Source: Octopus sinensis (lineage: Eukaryota). From it: 64,000 nt of DNA. Position 1 is the first letter of the stretch; each line of letters opens with the position of its first letter. Below are positions 51,181-64,000 of this stretch, one piece after another. The notes under the pieces were generated by a model that did not search any database, was not told the DNA's origin, and saw only the letters and a program-made list of their open reading frames with translations. Location: contig NC_042998.1 in NCBI RefSeq assembly GCF_006345805.1, positions 111,476,001-111,540,000 on the forward strand, written 5' to 3'. The position numbers and the translations under genes were made by a program.

Positions 51181-51984
51181 GAATATATGTGTACATGTGT
51201 ATGAGTATGAATGCACGCATGTAGTATAAATGTATGTATATTTGCCTGTGTTTGTTTCGTCTTCGTACTCTGAGTGTTCGACAAAACAGCCCGACTTAAA
51301 AAAAGTACTGGGGTTGATTTGATCGATTAAAACGTTCAAAGGGGTAACGTAGCATTGACGTATACCAATAACTGAAAAAGAAATAACGAATAAAATAATA
51401 TAGGAATATATATGTGTATGTGTCTGTGCCTACGCGTGTAAGCGTTTGCTTGTGTGTATGTGTATGAATAAGTGGGTGAATGTATGTGTTTGTGTCGGTC
51501 GAAATTGGCACTAGACATTTATTTACCTTCTACTGAAGCGAAAATAATTTCAACATAAGAATTTGTCTTGTGCAGTACTTAATATGTATTTATTCATCTT
51601 CATTGTCCAAATTCATAGTATTCACAACTCTGAGTTATTTCTCTTAGCTCAATTTTATTTAACTCATATGTGTATGAATATGTGATTTATATATATATTA
51701 CATATATGTGATTTATATATATTACATATATGCCCAGCGGGGACATAGCAGCCCCTCAATGATTTATAGAATATCAGTGTCTATTCAGACATGGTGTCGC
51801 AAGTAGTCTGAAGGCTAATTGAAAAACAAATTAATTGCGACGGAAGCAATAATAGTACCAAAATGTGATACTTGTCACCCCCTTAATGTGGATGTTGAGT
51901 TAGAACACAGAATATGCTTTATTTACCGTGAGAGGACCTCGCATACGGACTTGTGATGATTAAAAGCAGTCGTGTTTATGTATA

Positions 51985-52199
51985 TTACTCTCTTTTACTT
52001 GTTTCAGTTATTTGACTACGGCCATGCTGGAGCACCGCCTTTAATCGAGCAACTCGACCCCGGGACTTATTCTTTTGTAAGCCCAGTACTTATTCTATCG
52101 GTCTCTATTGCCGAACCGCTAAGTAACGGGGACATAAACACACCAGCATCGGTGTCAAGCAATGCTAGGGGGACAAACACAGACACACAAACACACACA

Positions 52200-52283
<84 letters not shown>

Positions 52284-52447
52284 TATATACGAGGGGCTTC
52301 TTTAAGTTTCTGTCTACCAAATCCACTCACAAGGCTTTTGTCGGCCCGAGGCTATAGTAGAAGACACTTGCCCAAGGTGCCACGCAGTGGGACCGAACCC
52401 GGAACCATGTGGTTGGTAAGCAAGTTACTTACCACACACCCACTCCT
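51985..52447 (-). mobile_element. SINE family A, full length
   Basis: Complete head, internal (TA)n and tail. Confidence 0.93.
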
Positions 52448-52599
52448 GTATATATACGTATAAGAAGGGATGACCACTATGCTAGATGACCAATATGCTA
52501 GAAGTAGATCATCTACGATCTAACCACAAAGAAAAGAATGTTCTCTAGAAAAATTCAGCAAACACCAGAACATAAGCGGGTAAGACAGATGAAAATATA

Positions 52600-53623
52600 C
52601 AAAATAAAGAATTAATCGTAGACCGATTTTGCTATTAACGACTTTACTTAAGTAACATCGTCCGTGGACTCTTCAGTGCAACGATCGTATTGAAGGTATA
52701 CAGACAGGATGCTGTTACGGGACGTTTCTACAGAATTGGTTGTCAAGATTTCGATCTGGAAACTTTTCGGTTGAAGATGCACCTCGCTCAGGCCGGTCAA
52801 CTCAGATTAACAGAGACACCAATCCCGTTATACGATCAGAGTTATCGCATGTATTCTACAAATATCCAAGTCAACTGTTGAAATACATCAGTTTCTACTT
52901 GTTTACGTCAGTTTGATGTTTGGGTTCCGCATTAATTGAATGTGGCTAATCTCAACCAATGGATTTCTATCTACAATTCGTTGTAGAAACCTGAAGAAAA
53001 CGATCCCTTTATTTTTAAGAGAATGTTGACAGGAGGCGTAAATGGATCGTCTTTGACAATGTGAAGGTCCAACATCGATGGCATTACGCGGCGAACCACC
53101 ACGATCAACTTGTAAAGCAGGACTTTGCCCGAGGAAGGTTATGCTTTGAATTTGGTAGGACTAAAAGGAAATTGTCCAGCTGGAAAACATTAAGGCAGCG
53201 GTCAACAAGAAACGTCAGCATTTACTAACCGTAGTGGCATTGTCTGTTATCACAATACCAGATCGCACACTTCGTTGCGGACGTGGCGTATGTTACTGAA
53301 TCTGGTTTTGAAGTTTTGCAGCACCTTCCATATTCGCCCGATCTTGAGCCTTTAGTTTTCTACCTGCTTTGATCCTTTTAAAATTAATTGAACGGACAGA
53401 CCTTCAACATCTGAAGAGGATGTAAACATTTAACTGCAAGAGCTTTTCACCCACAAAGACAAGAACTTCTTTGAGTATGGAATAATGGATTTGCCTACAA
53501 AATAGAAGAAGGTTCTTGAAGGAAACAGCAACTATTATCATTGATTGAATATATAGCTTTGTTTTTAAAACTTGTCTTACTTTCGATTAAAATACTGAAC
53601 GGACATTTTTGGTTACCCCCAAT
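52600..53623 (+). mobile_element. Degenerate mariner transposon
   Basis: RFRSGNFSVEDAPRSGR; LQHLPYSPDLEP; right end CGGACATTTTTGGTTACCCCCAAT. Left limit approximate. Confidence 0.82.
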
Positions 53624-53663
53624 GTATACAAACACTGACACACACAGATGCATGCACACACGT

Positions 53664-53696
<33 letters not shown>

Positions 53697-54112
53697 CACT
53701 CGTGCATGTCTATGTGTGTGTGAAAGAGAGAAGGAAAGAGTAAAGTGAAGCACAAGTTATCTCTTTTTAATTGAAGTTCTGCATGTTCAAAAGCGAGAGA
53801 TTAAATACTATACAATATGACATATCCATATGCATGTGTGTGTGTGTGTGATACATACATATATATACATATGGATATATAACGTCGACAGAAAAGTACA
53901 TATTTATATAAATAGGTGTGAATGTTGTAATATAAAGTATATATATATACACAAGCATATTCTGAACAGGGCGTATCAGGTGTTTCTTCGAAATAACCAC
54001 CGATAAAAGTATTAAAAAGCATACATACTGCCACAGCCGCAATGGATATGTATACACATAAATATACGCACACTAGAACTTATGTCCGTGTGCATGTGTG
54101 CCTTTGAAATGT

Positions 54113-54156
<44 letters not shown>

Positions 54157-54275
54157 TAGTAGTAGTAGTAGTAGTAGCAGCAGTAACAGCAGCGTCAACA
54201 GCAGCAGCCGCTGCCGCCGCCTCCACCACCGCCACTATCACCGCCATCGCCGCCACCGCTGCCGCGGTGATAGAT

Positions 54276-54355
<80 letters not shown>

Positions 54356-54895
54356 GTGCGAAAATAACGACATTCAACCGTACATATGTATGCACAAAAA
54401 TACATATATATACATATATGCACATATATATGTGTGTGCATGCGTACATGCATACACATACATATACATCTTCATACGTACATACATACATAACTCTCAT
54501 ACTCTCACACACTCACACATATATACATACATATTAACGAGCTCTTGTCGAAAAATACAAAGCGAGAGAAAGAATAAAATTGGAAGGATTCCAAACGAGA
54601 ATAAAGAAGTAAACATGAGAATACTACTGGCGGGCTCATAAAAATCATTGATGTGTTATCAGTGCTTCATATGATAGCCTACAAGGATATCAGAAAACCC
54701 AGCGGTATATCACATTCTTATATTCTGCTACATTATTGCCCATTGTTTTGTGAAGTAAATATATTCAGTGCATTGTTTGTGCATTTTCTTCTCTCACACG
54801 GAAAAAAATGGCATGAAAACGAAACATTATCTAGTCTGATAAACGACAGGATATGTGAAATCTATACAAGCACAAGCACACACGCTCACACACGA

Positions 54896-54947
<52 letters not shown>

Positions 54948-55115
54948 ATATTTTTACAAACACATACACACATGTACACAAGCACACATATTCGTTTATA
55001 TATGTATATATGGATCGATCGACAATGGATACTTGCTTTGGTGTGGGTATGTATATAAACGCTTATATATATATATATATACATACTTATATTTATATAT
55101 ATATATATATATATA

Positions 55116-55157
<42 letters not shown>

Positions 55158-55159
55158 CA

Positions 55160-55197
<38 letters not shown>

Positions 55198-55274
55198 CAG
55201 CATCTGTGTATCATACAAAATTGAAATGTAAGATGTGGTTTGTCTGAGAGAAAATTTTTTCGTAGACTGAGTGA

Positions 55275-55490
55275 AGGCGGCGAGCTGGCAGAATTGTTAG
55301 CACACCGAGCAAAATGCTTTAGCGACACCTCGTCCGTCTTTACGCTCTGAGTTCAAATCCTGCCAAGGTCGACTTTGCCTTTTTGCCCTTTCAGGGTAGA
55401 TAAGTTTAGTACTAGTGAAGCAAAGGTCTCAAATTTATCGTCTAAACCTCCTCTCCTGTAATTGCTGGCCTTGTGCCAGAATTTGAAACT
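55275..55490 (+). mobile_element. SINE family B
   Basis: GGCGGCGAGCTGGCAGAATTGTTAGCAC head and GGTCGACTTTGCC core. Confidence 0.88.
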
Positions 55491-56790
55491 TATGTATATA
55501 TCTGAGTAAATGAACATCGTCACAGCAGTAACTCACGGGAACGACAGATGCGTTCAGCTCTTCTTGGGGCATGTCAAAACCATGTTACTTCCCGAAACGA
55601 AGCCAGCTTCCGCAATATCAGTGAATGTATTATTCAGTTCTTGTGTATTGAAGAATAAATTTTGTCAAGGCATTGACAAACTGGAGTACGGCATTAACTA
55701 TCCCCACGGAGAATGAAATGCGCCTCTCGTTCTCGCGAGACACTGTTGCGATGATGTTTATTTGGCACCAATATATATACTGGATTTTTAAGACAATATT
55801 GGTATGAGAAAATTTCCTCTCGAGCCAGAAATCACATCATACTTCACATTTATATAAATAGCATGATACACAGATGGTGATGTATATATATGTGTGTGTG
55901 TGTGTGTGTTTATATATAATCATATATATCTTCCCAAATCAGGAGAAGCCAGTTTTATTGTAATATCTTTATGCAACTACTTACTGGTGCATACCCATGA
56001 TTTTTTTGCAAATTCCATCTGCTAATTATGAGCATCATGATTATCATGTAATTCTAGGCTTCCAGAAAGGGCTGTCGAGTTGAAAACCTATGCATTCACT
56101 CCTTAGTATTGTGTATTTTTATGCTCAATGAAAATTTATTTGTCTTGTATATACATGAATATCTATATGCTTCTACATATGTGCTTATCTTCTGAATATG
56201 TGTAGCTGTGTATGTGCGTGTGCGCGTGTGTGTGAGTGTATGCGTACCTATATGTATGTATGAATATATATTTATGTATATCAAACCTATTCGTATTTAT
56301 CTGCATCACTACCACCGTATATGTGTGTATGCTTATATATATATACATGTGCATATATATCTATATATATACATACACACACGCACACATACTCACATGC
56401 ACATACACATACACACAAACGCATACACACACAAACACACATACAAACACACGCACACACACATACACACACACACACACACATATATATTCTTTTACTC
56501 TTTTACTCGTTTCAGCTATGCGGCTGCGGTCATGCTGCAGCCCCACCGTGAATTGAAAGATGCTAAAAATGCACTGAGGGTATGTACAATGATTTACTTA
56601 TACTAATATTAAAATACGTACTGGTTTCACATTTGTGTGATTTTCAAAAGCGTAAGATTTGAGAGATGTGGAGATGTGTTGCAAACTGCATCAGAAATGA
56701 TACAATTTTCGACACAGCTCCTCCATGGCCCTCATATCTTACGCTTTTGAAAATCATACAAACCTGAAACCATTTAATTGCTTCAATATC

Positions 56791-56918
56791 AATGAGAGGT
56801 AGGCCCCGAAACGGCGCGCATTCTCTCCTGATGACCCCATACACTTGCTGGCTTCCGGTATACGGCGTTTTTGACTGGTAGCACTTGCATGTGCAAGTTG
56901 TTTGCAAAACATCTAAAT
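56791..56918 (+). mobile_element. Isolated HERO-type 3' UTR
   Basis: TGAGAGGTAGGCCCCGAAACGGCGCGCATTCTCTCCTGATGACCCCATA aligns to 31992-32060. Confidence 0.7.
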
Positions 56919-57189
56919 ACTTTTTTATACACTCTCAGAGCATGTCCAACTTCTTTTATTTACTTTATACTACTACTTGCATGAATTAGTAACTATTTCA
57001 TATAGTCACTAAAAGTGGCATTATCACTTTGAGGGTGCTTTTTCAATGCTTACAGGACAATATTATTATTTTTTCATTCTAATATGTTTTTCTACTTTTT
57101 TGTATCCTTTACAGTTTACTTTATATCATAATGGTTAAAATTGTATCGATTTTACCCCTTTAAAATGAGTATAGCTCAAACCCATATCA

Positions 57190-57780
57190 GAGACATGACG
57201 AGGCATTTCGACCGTTAAAGCAGCAAGAAATATTTCTTTGTGCTGTATATGGAAATGAAGCTGTAATTGCCAACGATGCTTGGGCCGGTTTCTCTCTGAA
57301 AATTTTTCTCTTGCAGCTTTTACCCTATCTAGACAACCAAGTTCTGCCAATATTGAGCTCCTGAAACCATAGGTTAGGAAAATCCAGAGCAAATTGCACG
57401 AAAATTAGCAAAACAGTTCAATTCAAGTCACAGTGCGGTCATGAAATACCTTCAAGAAATAGGAAATGTGTCTAAATATAGCCAGTATGGCACACATCAT
57501 CTGACTGCATCTCAGCTTAATCAAAAAGTTTCCTTTTCCTCATCATTGATGAGTAAACTTGCTAGCGAACTTGCCTAAGCAAAAATCATCACAAGTGATG
57601 AAATGTGGGTTCTCTATTATCATATACAACGAAAACGATAACAGTTAGCACCTGATGAAAAACGAGAATCTTTCTCCAAACAAAAATGTCATCCTCAAAA
57701 AATTATGCTCTGTGTTTGGTGAGTGTTTGGTGAGACTTGTAAGGTGTCGCCTATCATGAAGTGTTCGACCATAACGAAGC
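57190..57780 (+). mobile_element. Degenerate mariner transposase fragment
   Basis: KIITSDEMWVLY and HPQKIMLCVW motifs. Confidence 0.78.
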
Positions 57781-57784
57781 GGAC

Positions 57785-57816
<32 letters not shown>

Positions 57817-57891
57817 TAGTAGTAGTAGTTTAGTTAGTAGTAGTATATATTGGTGGTGGTGTGGTGGTGGTGGTGGTGGTAGTAAGTAGTA

Positions 57892-57928
<37 letters not shown>

Positions 57929-58138
57929 GGTGGTGGTGGTAGTAGTAGTAGTAGTAGTGTAGTAGTAGTAGAGTAGTAGTAGTAGTAGTAGGAGGGGAGA
58001 GGAGGCGGGAGAAGGGGTAGAGATAGAAAGAAGAAGAAGAAGAAAGAAGAGAAGAAGAAGTGGGAAAGGGGGGAAAGTAAGGGAAGTAGTAAAACAGCTA
58101 TACAAAAAAATGAAACTGCAGAGGCAAGTTTACTTATA

Positions 58139-58507
58139 TTAAACATAATCAACTTTCTTCCCATCAACTCTTTCACACACCCCTTCTTCTTCATCAAGTC
58201 CTTCTGCCTCATTAGGATCTTCATCTTCGTGTCCATCATCATTATCATCATTAATATCTTCGCCAGCTGCAGCTACAGCATCACTCGGCATCATAAATGT
58301 CGTCGTCGTTGCCATTACCATTGCACTCTTATTGTCATCCTCTTCATCAACAGCAGCAAGAACAGCCTCATCATCGTCGTTGTCATGGTCGACGTCTTCA
58401 GCGTCATCGCCGTTATAGTTATTCTCATCACCAGCCTCAGGCTCTTTCCTTTCTTCCTCCTCATCACTCTCAGAATTTCTACGAGCCAACGGAGGAACGA
58501 GGGAGCT
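58139..58507 (-). other. Acidic low-complexity open frame, candidate terminal exon
   Basis: About 120 stop-free codons, D/E rich, ending ERVDGKKVDYV*. No ATG at its 5' end, weak acceptor, no recognisable family. Confidence 0.2.
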
Positions 58508-58996
58508 TCAAAGGGATCGATCGACCTTCTAGAACTAATAGTAAAAATCTGTGATTGACCATTCCCTGCAAAATATCTGGATAAAAGATAGTATGAGCAT
58601 ACTTGGAGCACTTTTGCTCATAGATTTTCTCCATCTAACCTTGTTTGGCATTGGAAGGAATCGTCATTAGCAAATGACAACCCATTGCTATGACAAGGTG
58701 AACGACATCACTGCGGTGGTCGCGGTAACGAAGGTGATGATGATGAGGAGGAGGAGGAGGGGAGGAGGGGGAGGAGGAGGAGGGGAGGAGAAGGACGACG
58801 ACGACGATGACGGCGATGATGATGATGATGATGATGATGACTATTACCAGCTTAAGTGTTGTCATCATCATCCTTATCATCAGCATGATACAATGTAAAA
58901 ACGCTCTTCTATGTCAATGTACTCTACTGTTATGACTATGTATGTACGTATGCATGTACGTATATATGTATGTATACACATACGCACACACACACA

Positions 58997-59068
<72 letters not shown>

Positions 59069-60264
59069 GAGAGAGAGGAGAAAGAGAGGACAGTATCTTG
59101 ATAAAGCTTGACAGATACACAGATACATATGTAGATAGATAACCTACTTTAGAAAGATTTTTTTCTTGTTAATCATGAAAAAGCAACAACAAACCAAAAA
59201 AAACAACAATAACCGAAGTAGCTGATGTAGCAGCAGCAGTAGAAGCAGCAAGAACAACAATATCAGCAACCTATGTTTTGAAGTTTACAAAAATACGTTC
59301 TGAAACATGCTGATGGCTAATATTAGTACATTTCATATTCTAGGATTTTAATGATCTAAGAATCTCTTCCCATAACCGTCGCTAAATGGCACCTTTGAAG
59401 TAGTTTTTTTTTTCTGTCTTTTTCTTTGGAATATGTAGGAAGAAGAGGTGAAATGAGTAAGAAGGAGCCGTAAACGTCCATACTTTTGTAGATCGAGACT
59501 AGAATTGATTCTGGTTTCTTTCTGGGGTTTTTTCCCTTACTTTTCTTTAATATATGCATCATTTTATTGGTAATCAATATAGTAGACCAATGTAGAGGGC
59601 ATACACAGCGTGAAATTATGCATCACCTTTTCCTCTTTCTTTTTAAGCGTCATCGTTATTATCCTCCTCCTCATCGTCATCATCGTCGTCGTCATCATCA
59701 TCATCATCATCATCATCATCAGTGTCAACACCACCCCCACATCATAGTTGTCGTCGTCAACGTCGTCGTAATCATCATCATCTTCATTATTATCATCATC
59801 ATCATCTTCATCATCCTCATCATCATCATCATCTTTAACATCATATGAGCAATAAAGCACGTGCATTCGATGAACCCTAGAAATTGGGGAGAAACTGCAA
59901 TGACCAATTAAAAAACAAGCTACAAATGGAACTGACATATAATATTTGCCTTGCTGGTGATAAAGAATCTCTTGATATATCTGACGTCATATTGGATGAA
60001 GCTGATCTGAAGTAGCTGACCAATCGTTTGTGTTGATGGTTGAAATTCATTTATTTGTCCAATTTAACGTCGAGATTTTGTGAAATTGCATTCTTTCTTC
60101 CCGCATTCTTTTGTTAACTCTAGTACTGACCAGTTCCCCAGTTTTTCTCTCATGAGAACGTTTGCCACCTAGAATTCCTTCTTTGTCGATGTATTCTTTT
60201 CATATTTTTTTCCTGTAGACGTCATGATGCAATTGTTTAAGAGTTTCCTCTTTCTCTAGAGCAA

Positions 60265-60650
60265 TCACGTGGTTTCAGGTTCAGTCCCACTATGCGGCAC
60301 CTTGGATAAGCGTCTCCTACAATAGCCTCGAGACGAGGAATGCCTTGTGAACAAATTTGGTACACGGAAACTGCATGGAAGCCCATCGAATATATAAATA
60401 TATACATGTATATACATATATGTATGTATGTATATGTGTGCGTGTATGTGTGTGTGGGGGGGTCTTATCACCGCTTGACAACCGGTGTTGGTTTGTTTAC
60501 GTCTCCGTAAATAAGCACTTCTGCAAAAGAGACGATAGAATAAGCGCCAGACTGAAAACAAATACTGATTTTGATTTGTTTGGCTAAATTCTTTTGTGCT
60601 CCAGCTTGACCAGCAATCCAATGGCTGAAGCAAATAAGGGATAAAATAAG
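60265..60650 (+). mobile_element. SINE family A, diverged
   Basis: GGTTCAGTCCCACT...GGCACCTTGG, CGCTTGACAACCGG, GTGCTCCAGC tail. Confidence 0.85.
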
Positions 60651-61700
60651 ATTTATGAGGATTTCAAATATAAATATCCTGTGCTTGTTAAGAAAAAATA
60701 AAACTTATTCTTTTTGATTATGGCGTGATTATACACTAAGTTATTAAGTGCAATAAATGACGATCTAAGTGCCTCTAAGTTTAATGTTCCGACCGAATTG
60801 TGTCACTGTATACGAGACCATTCATATAAATTCCAGAGGAAAAAAAACATTGAAGCAGTGCCCCAACATGGGCGCACTCCAATTAATGTAACCAATAAGA
60901 GAAAAAAACATAACATTAAATCGTTTCATGGTAAAATAGATACCAGCATATTAAATGTAACAATTTAAGAAATTTTAATTATAGTTTCACATTTAATGAT
61001 GAGAACAATCACTTTCTAAATCACTAATTATGCACAAGATAGATAGAAGTCAATAATCCCAAAATTTTAATTAACTAAAATTAATTAACTACGGATTGCA
61101 GTGTAGAGTGAGTCTGCTATTTAGCAGTATGATGACAAAATCTTTTAGATTATCAGAGCTCATCAGTGTAGCATAGTCTAACTGAGACCGCTAGATTTTA
61201 CCACGACTAGAGAGATATAGGAGTTTTATGGATGAACAGAGAATGCTGTTGTAAATTAAAAGAATCACATGAAGAGAAATCTCCTCAGAATGCTGCGTAA
61301 TATATGATAGATGCTAACATACCTAATGTTGTAAACAAAACAAAAATCTTCATTAAAATTACCGACTTAGTGATGAGAATAGATGGAAAAAAAAAACAGG
61401 CCGTTCGCGGGATGACCCGATGTTTTAATTTAATTGTAATCATCGTTTCTATCAACAAGAAGTTTTCCTTATCAGGTTCATGGGATGATTTTATAATTGT
61501 AAAACACGAAAAAGACATCAATTCTGCGGTTTTCATTTATTTTAACTCTGGAGCTATATGTAAATCAATTATAACAACTTTACATCCAGTTCTCACGTAG
61601 CAGTTTTCACGTCTCTAACATTTGATTGAATGCAAATTGTCGCTTTGGGGATTAAAAAGTAAAACAGTGAACAGAAACATACATAGATACATATATACAT

Positions 61701-61765
<65 letters not shown>

Positions 61766-62006
61766 TACATACATACATATATATATATATATATGGATTG
61801 TCTGGAGATTTTTCTTATAGTAGAAGAAATAGCTAAGATTTTTTGGCTGCTATTTCTAAAAGTTCAGTGTGTGGTAAAGTAAATTATTTTACTGAACCTT
61901 AATTATATAACGTAATGTTTTAAATATACCGTAATTGGTCTTTTTACATACTGAACACTACTTCGTAAAATTAATTAATAATTAATTAATTTTACCCTTT
62001 TATTAT

Positions 62007-62040
<34 letters not shown>

Positions 62041-62044
<4 letters not shown>

Positions 62045-62324
62045 ATAAATATTAGGGAATAAATCCAAATTTACAGGGAAAAAAATCAGATTTAGGATTA
62101 AATCCAATTTTATAGTAAAATATTATAAAATATTATTAGAGACAAAACCACTATTTTGCAAAACTTCATAATTTGAAACTGACTTATTGGAAGTCCACCT
62201 GAAGATTGTCGATCAAGACAAGAAACGATTGTAGTGGCGGTTTTTTTGACTATTTATTAAAAATTTATGTATTGATTAAGTCTTTCCTTGTTTGTTTTGC
62301 AAAATAGTGGTTTTGTCTCTAATA

Positions 62325-62332
<8 letters not shown>
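62041..62332. mobile_element. Penelope-like insertion with 5' inversion (family P3)
   Basis: AAAATATTATTAGAGACAAAACCACTATTTTGCAAAAC (~62127-62164) is inverted at ~62294-62331; hammerhead lies between; embedded in (TA)n. Confidence 0.75.
62195..62237 (+). ncRNA. Type-I hammerhead ribozyme motif
   Basis: CCAC-CTGAAGA-TTGTC(GATCAA)GACAA-GAAA-C(GATT)G-TA-GTGG; all three stems pair; GUA triplet. Confidence 0.85.
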
Positions 62333-62356
<24 letters not shown>

Positions 62357-62946
62357 CCTCATAAATGAGGGCAAGGGAAAAAAAATTTCTAATGCCAAAT
62401 ATGCTGGCCATTGATAAAATTGTTTTCGAGAAAATATTTTTTTTAGAAAAGAATTTTATCCTCACATTTGATATGAATTTAAGCGTTCACTTCCGGACTA
62501 ACTAACTCACTCTGTGAGAGCCTCAGTTCAAATCGCATGTGCCTCTATTTTGGATGTATTTGGGGTACTTAGTTGTGCCCATGACTTAGTGTTTGCATCT
62601 TTCATGGGTATGAGTAAGTATCTCATTTATTTCTTTTACCACATGTATCACTGACGAAGAGAGGGCTCTTAGTAGCTAACTCTGAAATCGGTCCGATATG
62701 GTAATAATGGAATTTTTTAGAAATTTCTGTCGACCTTTATTCGAGTAGCGTGCGTATTGGGAAAACATTATACGGTTAATATGTCCAATTTTACGGCATA
62801 TTTGGCATTAGAAATTTTTTTTCCCTTGCCCTCATTTATGAATTATATAAATTTAACCGTTAAAGGTATTTTTTAATATGCTGGCCATTGATAAAATTGT
62901 TTTCGAGAAAATATTTTTTTTCGAAAAGAATTTTATCCTCACATTT

Positions 62947-62947
<1 letters not shown>
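62357..62947 (+). mobile_element. Terminally redundant hammerhead element with 5' inversion (family P4)
   Basis: 62399-62469 repeated directly at 62876-62946; 62359-62404 is the reverse complement of 62796-62841; flanked by (TA)n. Confidence 0.8.
62645..62699 (+). ncRNA. Minimal type-I hammerhead ribozyme motif
   Basis: GTATCA-CTGACGA-AGAG...CTCT-GAAA-TCGG-TC-CGATAT; GUC triplet; A.C mismatch at base of stem I. Confidence 0.72.
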
Positions 62948-63005
<58 letters not shown>

Positions 63006-63269
63006 ATATACAGTAGAAATATGTTACAAAAAGAAAATAGAAAATACACGTGGAAATGTAAGGGCAAAATAAGAAAATCAACGAAAATGGCCATTGTAAA
63101 TAAAAAAAGAAAAGGCATTTTCTCAAAGGTAACGACAGATATATACATTTAGATGGACTGAGGTAGTAATAAAAGTCATAAAAGTCATTATAATGAGATG
63201 ATTAAAGAGTCAGAAAGCATACCATGGTTTCGTCATAAGCTATTCATTATATATATACATATATAACGA

Positions 63270-63490
63270 TCTCACGATCGCAAGGTTGTAATTTCAATTC
63301 CTAGAGCGGGTGGTACGTTGTGTTCTTGAGCAAAACACTTCATCTCGCGTTGCGCTGCGATCGCGTCGATTTGATAGTGACAGTGAGCTAATGTGCGACA
63401 CCAACATTTTATCACAATAAACAAATCATTTGTGCAGATCAATCGGCAAAGCTGAATGCTCATAAGTCGTCTTCGACAGGAGGGTCTATC
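63270..63490 (+). mobile_element. SINE, family C-like head, diverged
   Basis: CTCACGATCGCAAGGTTG...GTTGTGTTCTTGAGCAAAACACTT; homologous to 9290-9560. Confidence 0.75.
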
Positions 63491-63496
63491 ATACAT

Positions 63497-63538
<42 letters not shown>

Positions 63539-63699
63539 ATATATTATATCAAATTAAGAAGAACCACCATGTAGCAATTCAACAATGATATAATTAAATC
63601 ATACTATATAGAAAAATTAAAGATGCAATAAAACATTTACCGAGAACTAAATATGTACGAAATAATAAATAAAAAGTATATAATTAGTATATATTATAT

Positions 63700-63778
63700 A
63701 TTGTGAAATTTGATTTAGTATTACTAAATTGAATTTTTCCCTGTAAGCTTGCAATCATATTCCCTAATATTATTATTA
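63700..63778 (+). mobile_element. Tail related to family P3
   Basis: TTTTTCCCTGTAA...ATTCCCTAATATT resembles the reverse complement of 62041-62095. Confidence 0.5.
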
Positions 63779-63784
63779 TTATTA

Positions 63785-63829
<45 letters not shown>

Positions 63830-63836
<7 letters not shown>

Positions 63837-64000
63837 TAGTTTTATTTTTATAGCGTGCTTTCACTTCACTACCGAGCGCAGCTCTGTGTGCCTTGGGTAT
63901 GTGCTGTGATTTGTTGTGATGCTCTGATGGTTATTGTATGGAAAGTGTTCTGCGTAGGATGTGTGCAGTGCCTAGTAGTGCAATTTTCTGTATGTTATAT
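63830..64000 (-). mobile_element. Dong/R4-type element 3' end with (TAA)n tail, continues beyond the window
   Basis: Minus strand YNIQKIALLGTAHILRRTLSIQ*, short UTR, then (AAT)n at 63770-63832. Confidence 0.88.

Noticed and set aside
59564-59938. Asp-rich and His-rich ORFs
   Set aside because: Explained by (CAT)n/(CGT)n triplet repeats, open in several frames.

Overview
AT-rich eukaryotic DNA dense in microsatellites and transposon remnants. The repeat inventory (Dong/R4-, CR1-, RTE- and HERO-type LINEs, several tRNA-derived SINE families, mariners, Helitron-like and Penelope-like elements) suggests a mollusc, probably an octopus; this is inference. I see no intact host gene, and nearly all long ORFs in the track are microsatellite translations or broken TE ORFs. 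Most notable: (1) type-I hammerhead ribozyme motifs in four unrelated small non-coding elements with Penelope-like inverted or terminally redundant structure, one carrying a hammerhead on each strand; (2) a ~560-bp non-coding retroelement, five copies, always ending in (TAA)n and twice sharing a TAA array with a Dong/R4 3' end, a candidate non-autonomous partner; (3) a SINE family whose 3' hairpin matches the 3' end of the CR1-type LINE, with covarying stems; (4) a Helitron-like copy carrying ~108 bp copied from 4.6 kb away. All calls are by eye with no database search; boundaries of degraded elements are approximate.
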